Positions 18,959 to 27,263 of a stretch of DNA of 64,000 bases are shown here, one piece after another. A program made the position numbers and the translations under genes. The notes under the pieces were generated by a model. It made no database searches. It was not told the origin of the DNA and saw nothing but the letters and a program-made list of their open reading frames with translations. Position 1 is the first letter of the stretch. Each line of letters begins with the position of its first letter. The DNA is from Candidatus Acidiferrales bacterium (GTDB lineage Bacteria; Acidobacteriota; Terriglobia; Acidiferrales; UBA7541): positions 31,322-95,321 of the forward strand of contig JBAVQB010000034.1 of NCBI GenBank assembly GCA_049693615.1. Reading direction: 5' to 3'.

Positions 18959-19531
18959 TTAGCGACTGGCAGGCGGCACGATGCCGTTCATGCGCAGGTA
19001 TTCCACCATTTGGCCGTAGTGGTCGAAGCAATGGCTCACGACTAGTGTGGACATTCCGAGTCGCGTGGTCATTCCTTCGCCGAAAGGACTCTTGATGGGC
19101 GTCAGCAGATTGTTCTCATTGATGGTGCCGACAGCTTTGTGGACGTAGATGAAGGAGTCCTTCAAAAATTTCACAATGTCGGCTTTGCTTTTCACTGAGT
19201 CCGGGCCGTTCTCGCTGCCCAGATCGACGGGCGGTTTTTCTTCCAGGATGGCCGCTCCGACCATGTAGTTGACTGCCGCAACGTGTTTCACTTGTTGCGC
19301 GAACGTGCGCACGCCTTTGAATTCGCCGTTCGTGGGCGCAAATGAATATTTGTCCTCGGGCATGGCCTCGGCTGCGGGAACAAATTCGCGCTCCACACCC
19401 GAGACGCCGCGGTCCATCACTTGAGCGATGCTGAGATGTTCCGCCGGCTTTGCGTCCTGCGCCTGTGCCAGACCGCTGCCAAGTACTAGAAGCAGAAATG
19501 CAAGCAAGCCCGCTGTCTTCCGGATCTTCAT
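18959..19531 (-). CDS. DinB-family protein with signal peptide
   Basis: FVPAAEAMPEDKYSFAP, VKHVAAVNY and CFDHYGQMVEYLRMNGIVPPASR. It is a paralogue of 12232..12852. Confidence 0.7.
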   Translation of the reverse strand: MKIRKTAGLLAFLLLVLGSGLAQAQDAKPAEHLSIAQVMDRGVSGVEREFVPAAEAMPEDKYSFAPTNGEFKGVRTFAQQVKHVAAVNYMVGAAILEEKPPVDLGSENGPDSVKSKADIVKFLKDSFIYVHKAVGTINENNLLTPIKSPFGEGMTTRLGMSTLVVSHCFDHYGQMVEYLRMNGIVPPASR

Positions 19532-19681
19532 GTGAAATCTCCTTTAATTACGGATGGCAATTGTAAACCCAAATCCGCTTTTTGACGTCAAGAACGGTTG
19601 CGGGCAGAAATGCGAAAATGCCAAATGGCACCAACCTTCGCCGAAGGCAGCTACTGGCGATATCCCTCGGCCCGGTTATCT

Positions 19682-19984
19682 TTATTCCGGTTCAGCGAGC
19701 GAATCATTATCTGTTCCGGCTATTTCGCGTAGTGGTTGGGATGTTGCCTTGAGCGCGACAGCCAGCGCCACAAGAAGCGAGGTTATGGCATTCGCCCAGA
19801 TTATTGCAGCGGCATGCAGAAGTAGGCCGTACACCAACCAGAGAAGAACGCCCGAGAGGTACAGAAACAACATGGGGTAAGAAAGGTCCTCGCCACCTTG
19901 CTTTCTGATTTTGACAATTTGCGGAATAAACGAGGCCGTTGTGCAAAAGGCAGCAAGGGTTCCGACGTAGGATAGAAGATTCAT
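19682..19984 (-). CDS. SemiSWEET / PQ-loop family transporter
   Basis: 100 aa with three TM helices. The PQ motif is TASFIPQIVKIRKQGGEDLS. A GAGGAG SD lies upstream. Confidence 0.75.
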   Translation of the reverse strand: MNLLSYVGTLAAFCTTASFIPQIVKIRKQGGEDLSYPMLFLYLSGVLLWLVYGLLLHAAAIIWANAITSLLVALAVALKATSQPLREIAGTDNDSLAEPE

Positions 19985-20219
19985 TCGATCTCCTCATGAA
20001 TAGTGACCTAGCTACGATTCCGCACCTACCCCGTAGCTATCGACGTTTCAGAGGATAGCGTGTATGGCGTTTTCTGTGGGAACATGTTGGGTGCACAGAT
20101 AACCAAACCGTGCACAATACCTGATTGCCGGTCTTACCGGAGAAGCGTATCTCACTTGTCGGGCTATTCAGCAAATCAGGGACTTAGACGCAATTGCAAC
20201 AGTCTATCGAACGGAAGTG

Positions 20220-21062
20220 ATGGATACGCGTATGAAAAATAGGGCAGAGATCGGTGATGTTGCGGAAATCAAAACATCTAAAGGTTTGGCGTATGTTCAA
20301 TATACCCATAATGCCAGCGTCATGGGCGAGCTAGTAAGGGTATTGCCCGGTTTGTTTTCCAAACGACCAGATGATTTTGGCGACCTAGCTCAGAAAAAGG
20401 AGTTGTATTTTGTTTTTTACCCTCTTAGTTATGCAATTCGCGCCGGTGATACAGAAATAGTTTCACGTCAACCTGTCCCCAAATCGGCCCTCCAGCCGCC
20501 CCTGATGCGCAAGGGGGGCGAGATAGATGACACTGGGAAAACGTTAAGCTGGAAGATCATCCCCGCGCTGAGTGCCTTAACGATAGAGGAACTAACACAA
20601 AGCCCGACAATCCGTGAACTCACGCCTGAGCAAGAGAAGCTCTCTATTCACCTTGTAAGGCCTCACCCGATGATGGTTAAAGAACTGGCCCGGGGCTGGA
20701 CACCGGAATGTGCAGAACAGCTCATGACAAAAGACAGAGCCGAGGCGAAGATAGCAAAGGCACGCCAATCGGAAAGCGCCGACGCCAGTGATCAACCCAT
20801 GCGGCATTATTTATATTTTAAAGAAAAGTCCAGCGCCGAGAACGTCGCCGAACAATTGGAAAATCAGGGGTTTTCGGTCGAGGTACGTCCGGGTGCAGAC
20901 GGCGATACCTGGCTAGCGCTCGCTCGGCATTCCGCTCCAAACAATCAAGAAGAGATGGAGAGGCTTCGCGACAAGATGGAAACCCTAGCCGCAGAATTCA
21001 ACGGCGAATACGATGGTTGGGAAATCGCAACAGTGCCAAATAGAGCTGCCAGAACAAACTGA
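20220..21062 (+). CDS. Two-domain protein: immunity-protein-like N-terminal domain plus RraB-like C-terminal domain
   Basis: The C-terminus HYLYFKEKSSAENVAEQLENQGFSVEV..DTWLALARH..LAAEFNGEYDGWE matches the RraB (ribonuclease E inhibitor B-like) signature, including G.YDGWE. The N-terminus (IGDVAEIKTSKGLAYVQY..GELVRVLPGLF..ELYFVFYPL) resembles Imm-type immunity domains, a weaker call. Confidence 0.55.
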   Translation: MDTRMKNRAEIGDVAEIKTSKGLAYVQYTHNASVMGELVRVLPGLFSKRPDDFGDLAQKKELYFVFYPLSYAIRAGDTEIVSRQPVPKSALQPPLMRKGGEIDDTGKTLSWKIIPALSALTIEELTQSPTIRELTPEQEKLSIHLVRPHPMMVKELARGWTPECAEQLMTKDRAEAKIAKARQSESADASDQPMRHYLYFKEKSSAENVAEQLENQGFSVEVRPGADGDTWLALARHSAPNNQEEMERLRDKMETLAAEFNGEYDGWEIATVPNRAARTN

Positions 21063-21395
21063 ATCAGTCTCGGCGTCCGCGCATCCTGCGAAGGTCACAA
21101 ATTGATTCTCTTTGACTAGCTACGCGATGCGCTTGGAACGTGATCGACCAGGTTTCTGCCACTTCAATCTAGCTTTGCCGCAAGTGTCACACCGTTGCTG
21201 ATTTGCCCCCAGTGTGGCTGGTCGGCTACCACCGATAGGTTCGCGTTTGCTCGCGCTTGTCCCATGAAGATATCGAAGTGGATTAGGCACGAGCCGCGAT
21301 TAGCCTAATAATCGCTCGCGGATTTCGGGACGTAGATGGCGCAAATCAGGACACTACGCTTCCGAGCGGCGCTCAAAGAGACGGTCTGGAAGACT

Positions 21396-21436
21396 GCACC
21401 GCCTTCTCCGAGCGGTACGCCCGGAGAAGGCGGTGC
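21396..21436 (-). terminator. Perfect 15-bp stem hairpin 20 nt after the stop of 21456..22424 (no U-tract)
   Basis: GCACCGCCTTCTCCG (21396-21410), an 11-nt loop, then CGGAGAAGGCGGTGC (21422-21436). Confidence 0.45.
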
Positions 21437-21455
21437 GAGTGCTTAACGGGCTGCT

Positions 21456-22424
21456 TTAGAAGGAGAAATACCTGCCGTTCACGGTGATCGTTTGGGCCTT
21501 CTTTATGTCAGCGGCCCAAAGATACATAATTGCGCCATCCGTGTTGGTCAGGCCGTTGACAAAACTCGCGGCGGGATTGCACGCGACTGGGGGAGCAGAT
21601 GTGTCGAGACTGTAACCGTCTCGCGCGTATACGGCACCAGGCGGAGTCTGGACCCCGGAATTTTGAAACATTAAACCATACGAAGGCGCCCCCGAATTGT
21701 CCCCGCTTGCCGGAACCTCTCCCCAGGCAGCACTGAAGGTCGAGTCGAAGCTTTCCTCAAAATCGTCGGTGAACAGCTGATCTCCCCGGGCAGAACGTCC
21801 CGGGTCCACATCCGCCCAGCGGAAAAGAAAGGCTGTCTTCGCTACAGAAGAATTGTTCTTGAGCTGCATGGTGACCTTGACAGCGGGATTAGATCCCGGC
21901 GAATTGCTGAGCGTCTGAATTAGCGTCCAGAGACCATCGGTCGTGGTGCGCGTGATTTTGACCAGCGTTGCGTTTTTCGTATCCAGAACCGGAGAGTCCC
22001 AGCCGCTGGCGCCGTAGTCTGAGAAGTCGTAATAGCCGACATTTTCGGTGACGTCGCAAACCCCGTAGCCTTCCCCGATGGTGCCTTGGTCAATTTGTTC
22101 CGCGCCCGATGGGCTCTGGAACTCAACGATGTTGCCGTTAACAGTGGCACACCACTGCAGGTAGGTGTAACCGCTGCCGGATGTGAACGTATACGCGCAA
22201 GCGTCTGCGTCTGAAGTGACTCCGTCGCTTTTTAACTGTTGCTGCGAGGTGTGCGCGGCGGAAGGATCACCGCCGGCCGGCTTGGCGGTCTTAAAGCCGT
22301 CAAGCATTTTCTGAAGTTTCGGGTCCACCGGCGCCGAGTCATCTTCCTGAGCACGAGCGGATCCAGCGAACAACACGAGCAATACAAAGCAACCTAAGAA
22401 CATCAACTTGAGGCTGAGTTTCAC
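21456..22424 (-). CDS. Hypothetical secreted protein
   Basis: 322 aa with a GTG start and AAAGGAG SD. The signal is MKLSLKLMFLGCFVLLVLFAGSARAQ. No family was recognised. Confidence 0.65.
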   Translation of the reverse strand: MKLSLKLMFLGCFVLLVLFAGSARAQEDDSAPVDPKLQKMLDGFKTAKPAGGDPSAAHTSQQQLKSDGVTSDADACAYTFTSGSGYTYLQWCATVNGNIVEFQSPSGAEQIDQGTIGEGYGVCDVTENVGYYDFSDYGASGWDSPVLDTKNATLVKITRTTTDGLWTLIQTLSNSPGSNPAVKVTMQLKNNSSVAKTAFLFRWADVDPGRSARGDQLFTDDFEESFDSTFSAAWGEVPASGDNSGAPSYGLMFQNSGVQTPPGAVYARDGYSLDTSAPPVACNPAASFVNGLTNTDGAIMYLWAADIKKAQTITVNGRYFSF

Positions 22425-22549
22425 GTCTTTTCTCCTTTTTACCTTAAGTAGCGCCAGCCCAATGGACGGCAGAACACACGGGGAACCCCGAGGCGTTGCA
22501 CCAAGGGTTGCACAGATTGGGGAAGCTTGTACTTGGAACCACTGCCAGC

Positions 22550-22581
22550 GGTCAATGCAGATCAGGTGAAAAAGAGGTGAA
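22550..22581 (-). promoter_or_regulatory. Tandem direct repeat TTCACCT-N4-TTCACCT (11-bp period) directly upstream of TGCATTGACC (-35-like)
   Basis: The + strand has GGTCAATGCA at 22550-22559 and AGGTGAA at 22564-22570 and 22575-22581. The site lies about 126 nt upstream of the start at 22424. Both 10-mers (GGTCAATGCA, TCAGGTGAAA) recur at 61267-61309. Confidence 0.5.
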
Positions 22582-22997
22582 AAGAATATATACGTCCAAC
22601 CGATTCATTCACCGTGGCTTACTGTCGCCCCAAACCACTAGCCCTCTCCGTTTCGGAGAGAAGCCCGCATCATAAGTGGCGGCAGATGCGCGTGCCTGAC
22701 GGAACCCGTTCTAGTAGGTGGGTTACTAGATGAACTGACTGGCAATTAGTGGAGTCGGGCAACGGTTTAGCAGGGCAACCAGCACGGACGGATCAGCTGC
22801 CTGGGAACCCAACCCCGAGATTCGCCACTCAGCAAAATAAAAGGATTCGGTATTTTTGCTGTTGGGAATCTACGAATCCGCTGCACATGATTGATGAAGT
22901 CCTGTTTGCTTTCACAACAGTACGGGCAGAAGTGGAGGCGAGGGACTACAGTCGAGCCTTGGGGATGAGGCCGCGAAGCGGCCGGAGCATCTCCCAC

Positions 22998-23025
22998 AAA
23001 AAGAAAAGGGGCGATTGCTCGCCCC
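22998..23025 (-). terminator. Rho-independent terminator (minus strand)
   Basis: The minus strand reads GGGGCGA-GCAA-TCGCCCC followed by TTTTCTTTTT. The stem is 23008-23014 / 23019-23025 and the T-tract is 22998-23007. Confidence 0.65.
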
Positions 23026-23314
23026 TTCCCTTCCGTCTCGAAAAGTGACAGCTGCGGAGCGTACTCCCGTTTTACGGGGAGAAGCTAGCCACGACAACGC
23101 TGCTGGGCCAATCTGTGATTTGCGTCGCGCGTCTCGTTCAAGCTTGCGCTCGACGAAAGCGGGCGTAACAAACCACGGACCACACCCTAAGCTTTGCCGT
23201 GATGCCGTACCTTTTCGGACTTTGTTGAAGCCGTTCTATCGCCTTCGTCCTGCGTAACTCGTTAAGCTTTCGCTTGGCGTGTTTTCAAGACTCAGATGAG
23301 TCGAATGCTTTAAC
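22998..23314 (-). ncRNA. Candidate non-coding transcript (~315 nt) of unknown class
   Basis: It is bounded by a TTGACT-N17-TACAAC promoter-like site (23321-23349) and the terminator at 22998-23025. The minus strand of the interval contains no ATG at all (no CAT on the + strand). It contains several local hairpins, for example CTCCCCG-TAAAA-CGGGAG. I recognised no Rfam family. Confidence 0.3.
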
Positions 23315-23320
23315 AAAACG

Positions 23321-23349
23321 GTTGTAACGCCGAGCGGAAAAGCAGTCAA
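23321..23349 (-). promoter_or_regulatory. sigma70-like promoter candidate TTGACT-N17-TACAAC
   Basis: The -35 element is at 23344-23349 and the -10 at 23321-23326, read on the minus strand. Confidence 0.35.
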
Positions 23350-23372
23350 CTACACCAAAAACATTTTTCGAT

Positions 23373-23603
23373 GTGGAAATCTCGGAAATGTGGAAATTCC
23401 CGCACCGCAAAACGGTTGTCCGCTCGCGCCTTGCGATATTATGGCTACCGATGAGTTCGTCTTCGATACGGTGGTCACGCCTGTTCTTGGTAATGCTGAT
23501 CGGAGCAACCGGCTTTTGGCTGCCGGATACAATCCTCCACGTCTGGCGCGGTTATAACTTTAATGGGCGGGATGTAAAATCGTTACCGTTATGTCGCCCG
23601 TGA
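23373..23603 (+). CDS. Possible small membrane protein, or the frameshifted 5' part of the next ORF
   Basis: 76-aa ORF with one hydrophobic helix (LFLVMLIGATGFWL). It overlaps the next ORF by 13 nt in a different frame. Confidence 0.25.
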   Translation: MEISEMWKFPHRKTVVRSRLAILWLPMSSSSIRWSRLFLVMLIGATGFWLPDTILHVWRGYNFNGRDVKSLPLCRP

Positions 23604-23911
23604 CGCTCTTGGTTATTTTCTTTCTTGCCAAACGGACGAACAAAACAATCGCAGCCTCGCAAATTATTTTGGCGTTAATCGCAGGAGTGTGGCTGTTCGG
23701 CGGTTTGTTCATGACGGTTTCAGCAACCGTTGCGGGCGCCGGCTTCAAAACTTCTCTCGGCGGCGCGACGATCGCGATTCTGCTCTCTCTTTTGCCGATG
23801 TACACATTCATTATGGCAACCTACGACGGTGCTTTATTGGCGCTGTTGCTGGCGACCGCGATCGCATTCGTCGTCTGGATATTTTCGAAGCCCCTATTTC
23901 TGACAAGTTAA
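23591..23911 (+). CDS. Hypothetical small integral membrane protein (3 TM)
   Basis: 106 aa with three clear hydrophobic helices (VTLLVIFFLA, ILALIAGVWLFGGLFMTV, ALLALLLATAIAFVVWIF). Confidence 0.45.
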   Translation: MSPVTLLVIFFLAKRTNKTIAASQIILALIAGVWLFGGLFMTVSATVAGAGFKTSLGGATIAILLSLLPMYTFIMATYDGALLALLLATAIAFVVWIFSKPLFLTS

Positions 23912-24318
23912 AACCTCTGAAAAGTGGTAGCCGTTTTCGCTGAGTTGCCGCGTTCCAAAGTGGTCATAACCGCTTTTGCGCACTGTACGAAGGTTCCAGC
24001 GTGTTGATGTTCGCGGGGACAGGTTTCGTTGCGAGCGGCGATTTCCGCCGCTGTTGTAAACCTCCAATTATGAGTCGCGTAGAGGGTGTTAACCGAATCC
24101 AATAGTACTTTTTCACATTGAGACTTCCACGATTCCTCTCCTTTCTATAATTGTTGAGTGCGGCGCCGGCCGAAACAAACCTGAAATCGCCCAATCGGCT
24201 CGAAACCTTCCGCGGATTTCGGTGTTAGATATAGCAAGGATCGAGCGCATTTAAATCTCGGCCATTTCTAAAAATAGCATTGGCGCTCAGCCAAGTCGTT
24301 CAAAGGGAGGAATTCGCA

Positions 24319-25245
24319 ATGCCTAAGTTGAAATTGATACGAGTATTTCTTTTCGCTCTCGGTTTGCCTTTAGGACTCGCGGTCGCAGCGTCTTCCGCCT
24401 CGGCGCAAATCGCGGTAGGAATATCGGTTCGAGTAGCGCCTCCGGCTATTCCGGTTTACGTTCAACCGCCTTGCCCGGTGGAAGGCTATCTCTGGACCCC
24501 GGGTTATTGGTCTTATGCCAATGACGATTATTTCTGGGTCCCGGGCGTTTGGGTAGCTCCGCCAAGCGCGGGCTTGCTGTGGACTCCCGGATACTGGGGC
24601 TTCGCCGGCGGCGTTTACGGATTTCATGCAGGGTATTGGGGCCCGCACGTCGGATTCTATGGCGGCGTGAATTACGGATTCGGCTATGGCGGCGTCGGAT
24701 TTGTTGGCGGCGAATGGCGCGGCGGACATTTTGCGTATAACACCGCAGTGCTCAACGTGAACACCGCGGTGGTCCATAACACCTTCGTCAACCGGACGGT
24801 CGTCAATACCACCGTGGTCAGCCACGCGAGTTTCAACGGTCCCGGTGGAACGACCGCGACGGCATCAGCAGAGGAACGCGCGGCCGCGAATGAACATCAC
24901 GTCGAGGCGACCTCCGAACAGACGGCACACGAACGCACGGCCAGCACGGACAAGTCCAACTTTGCTTCGGCCAATCACGGGCGTCCGGCAAATCCTGCGA
25001 TGAGCAGAGTGGGCGAACGCGCAGAAAACCAGCAGCGCCGGATCGGCAACGGCGTGGAAAGCGGCAAAATGAACGCCGCCGAAACCGCCCACGTCGAAAA
25101 CCAGGAGCACCACATCAATCAGCAGGTTCACAACGACCGCCAAGCCAACGGCGGCAAGCTGACTCCCGCAGAAAAGAAACAAGTGAACAAAGAACAGAAC
25201 AAAACCAGCAAAGAGATTCACAAAGACAAGCACAGCGAGAAATAA
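24319..25245 (+). CDS. Secreted W.PGYW / glycine-aromatic repeat protein with His/Lys/Asn-rich tail
   Basis: GGGAGG SD upstream and signal MPKLKLIRVFLFALGLPLGLAVAASSASAQ. Repeats are WTPGYWSY, WVPGVWVAPP, WTPGYWGF and HAGYWGPHVGFYGG. Confidence 0.65.
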   Translation: MPKLKLIRVFLFALGLPLGLAVAASSASAQIAVGISVRVAPPAIPVYVQPPCPVEGYLWTPGYWSYANDDYFWVPGVWVAPPSAGLLWTPGYWGFAGGVYGFHAGYWGPHVGFYGGVNYGFGYGGVGFVGGEWRGGHFAYNTAVLNVNTAVVHNTFVNRTVVNTTVVSHASFNGPGGTTATASAEERAAANEHHVEATSEQTAHERTASTDKSNFASANHGRPANPAMSRVGERAENQQRRIGNGVESGKMNAAETAHVENQEHHINQQVHNDRQANGGKLTPAEKKQVNKEQNKTSKEIHKDKHSEK

Positions 25246-25323
25246 TCAGCGCTTGTTTAGTTCGCACCAGAATCTGCTGAGGCTAAGCCGAAGCAGAATT
25301 TACCGAGAGTGCCATAAACGAAA

Positions 25324-25355
25324 GCCGGGAGGCGAAGTTGCCTCCCGGCTTTTTT
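25324..25355 (+). terminator. Rho-independent terminator between convergent genes (possibly bidirectional)
   Basis: GCCGGGAGGC (25324-25333), loop GAAGTT, GCCTCCCGGC (25340-25349), then TTTTTT (25350-25355). Confidence 0.8.
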
Positions 25356-25478
25356 GCTCAACTCTTCTCTGTTCCCGGACTCGCCGGAACCCACCCGGAA
25401 CAACGCCTCAATGCGCCCTCATCCAAGTTACGAGGACTTCTTGGCGGCTAGTGCCCAGTGGGTTTCCTGCTTCCTAAT

Positions 25479-26021
25479 TTATCCGCCGATTGATTTCAGA
25501 TCATCTTTGGCCTGCTGCTCGGCGTCCTTTGTGGCCTGCTTGGCGTTGGCATCCGGCTTTAGCTGATGGATGGACTTGCTTAGACCCTGAGGTTTTTCTC
25601 CATCAGCGACTTTGCAGCCGGAAATGTCGGCGCTCGTGTGTACGCCGGTGGCGTCGGCGCGAAGGCAATTGAAATTCACATCGAGATTGTGGCTGGCGTG
25701 GAGCGCAGCAAGGCATTCCGCCAATTCCAGGAACGGCTGACAGGCATCGGAAGCGGTGGCATTCGCGGCCAACAACCCCTGAGATTGCAGGCTGGGAGTA
25801 AGCTTTTTCTCCGCGTTGCTTCTGTTCCCGGGTTCATCGACGGAATTCTTGGAATCTTTCTTTACCCACTTGATCGGATTCAACGAATGCGAGCCATTCT
25901 GTGCAGCTTCGGCCGCGCCGGCGCCCGCCGGTCCTTGCGCTGCGGCACGTTCCGCGCCCACCGTTAAAGTGATCGGAACAACAAACAGCACGATCGCGGC
26001 AATGTGAAGAGTTTCTTTCAT
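25479..26021 (-). CDS. Hypothetical secreted protein
   Basis: ORF 25479..26351. The internal ATG 26021 has an AAAGGAG SD and gives MKETLHIAAIVLFVVPITLTVGAERAAAQG. The longer form would overlap the carbonic anhydrase gene. Confidence 0.55.
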   Translation of the reverse strand: MKETLHIAAIVLFVVPITLTVGAERAAAQGPAGAGAAEAAQNGSHSLNPIKWVKKDSKNSVDEPGNRSNAEKKLTPSLQSQGLLAANATASDACQPFLELAECLAALHASHNLDVNFNCLRADATGVHTSADISGCKVADGEKPQGLSKSIHQLKPDANAKQATKDAEQQAKDDLKSIGG

Positions 26022-26307
26022 ACGCGCTCCTTTGCTGAAAATTTCTGTTAAGAAGGCTACTGGCGGGCGTGGCCTCACACTCAGTAGGCCATAGTGCAGA
26101 GGCGGGAAGAAGCCAAGCGTGCCGGTACTACCCCAATCGGTCACGCTGGCCTTTCGAACAGGCCGGCGTGCGCCGCGGCGCGCGAAGAACTCAAACAGTT
26201 GTGGTACTATCCCCGCACTATCCATCCAAATGAAATTGCTCGCAGCCACAAAAGCCTCGGCCACCGCCCGCAGGCCCTCGACAATAATTTCAAGGAGGCT
26301 TTGAGAA

Positions 26308-27096
26308 ATGACTTCCCTACTCAAGGACGCAAGCAGCAGTCTGAAACTCAAGGCGACTGCACCCGCCGATGAACTCCCATCCGAAAGCGCGACACACGCT
26401 CATGTGTCGGACGAAGTTCCTTCACGGCGAACGTTTTTCAAAACAACCATCGGCGGAGCAGTCGCTGGATTGGTCACCGCAGCCGGAGTAGAATGCCTGG
26501 CGCCACGCCGCGTCATGGCACAGACCGCGCTCACTCCCGATGCCGCCTTGAAGGAATTGATGGACGGCAATGGCCGGTTCGCATCTGGAAGTTTGACTTC
26601 TTTTGAACATGACCTCGCGATATTAAGACAGCACACCGTCGATAAACAGGAACCGTTCGCAGCCGTGTTGACCTGCGCCGACTCGCGTGTTCCGGTCGAG
26701 CTAATTTTCGATCAAACGCTCGGACAAATTTTCGTTACGCGCGTGGCGGGAAATTTCGCCGCCACCGAAATCATTGCGAGCCTCGAATACGGAGCAGCTG
26801 TCCTGGGGACCAAAGTAATCGTGGTGCTGGCGCACAGCGGATGCGGCGCGGTCAAAGCCACCATTCAAGCCAAGGACGTCCCCGGCCAGATCAGTTCCCT
26901 CTTTGCCTACATACGTCCCGCCGTCGATCAAGCCGGAGCAAACCTGGAAGCCGCGTCGAAAGCAAACGCCAAAATCCAGGCCGGCCTTCTTCGCCAAGCC
27001 TCCACGGTCATTTCCGCCTTGGTGAAAGAAAATAAAGTGAAGGTCGTCGCCGCATATTACGACCTGGCCACCGGCACAGTCTCACTCCTCGAGTAG
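26308..27096 (+). CDS. Beta-class carbonic anhydrase with Tat signal
   Basis: Twin-arginine motif SRRTFFKTTIGGAVAGLVTAAG. Zinc-ligand blocks are CADSRVPVE and LAHSGCGAV. Confidence 0.85.
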   Translation: MTSLLKDASSSLKLKATAPADELPSESATHAHVSDEVPSRRTFFKTTIGGAVAGLVTAAGVECLAPRRVMAQTALTPDAALKELMDGNGRFASGSLTSFEHDLAILRQHTVDKQEPFAAVLTCADSRVPVELIFDQTLGQIFVTRVAGNFAATEIIASLEYGAAVLGTKVIVVLAHSGCGAVKATIQAKDVPGQISSLFAYIRPAVDQAGANLEAASKANAKIQAGLLRQASTVISALVKENKVKVVAAYYDLATGTVSLLE

Positions 27097-27263
27097 ATTT
27101 GCGGGATATCGTGAGCTCTCAATTAATTCTTTCTTTCACTGATACTTTGTGAATCGTTTGCATCACGCGTTTGATGTCAGCCTGGGACATGGGCACGCTG
27201 CCACCCTTTTTTCGCCAAAGAAAAAGAGCGAGGTAGCCTCCTTCCGGGATCCACCGCCCGGCT

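Noticed and set aside
19626-19642. sigma54-like TGGCAC-N5-TTCGC on the + strand (and TGGCAC-N5-TTTTC at 11846)
   Set aside because: The -12 element deviates from TTGC. No + strand gene lies downstream within a reasonable distance. No enhancer-binding protein is encoded nearby.
20009-20039. 8-bp inverted repeat TAGCTACG..CGTAGCTA upstream of the SemiSWEET start
   Set aside because: It is a short stem with a 15-nt loop and no conserved riboswitch features that I can recognise. It could be an operator or chance. It is not reported as a feature.
22920-22975. tmRNA/tRNA-like 3' end (TGGAGGCGAGGGAC.. read as the reverse complement of ..CTCCACCA)
   Set aside because: No T-arm pairing or GTTCGAATC-type loop can be formed, and no acceptor stem or tag reading frame was found. 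I saw no convincing tRNA cloverleaf anywhere in the window.
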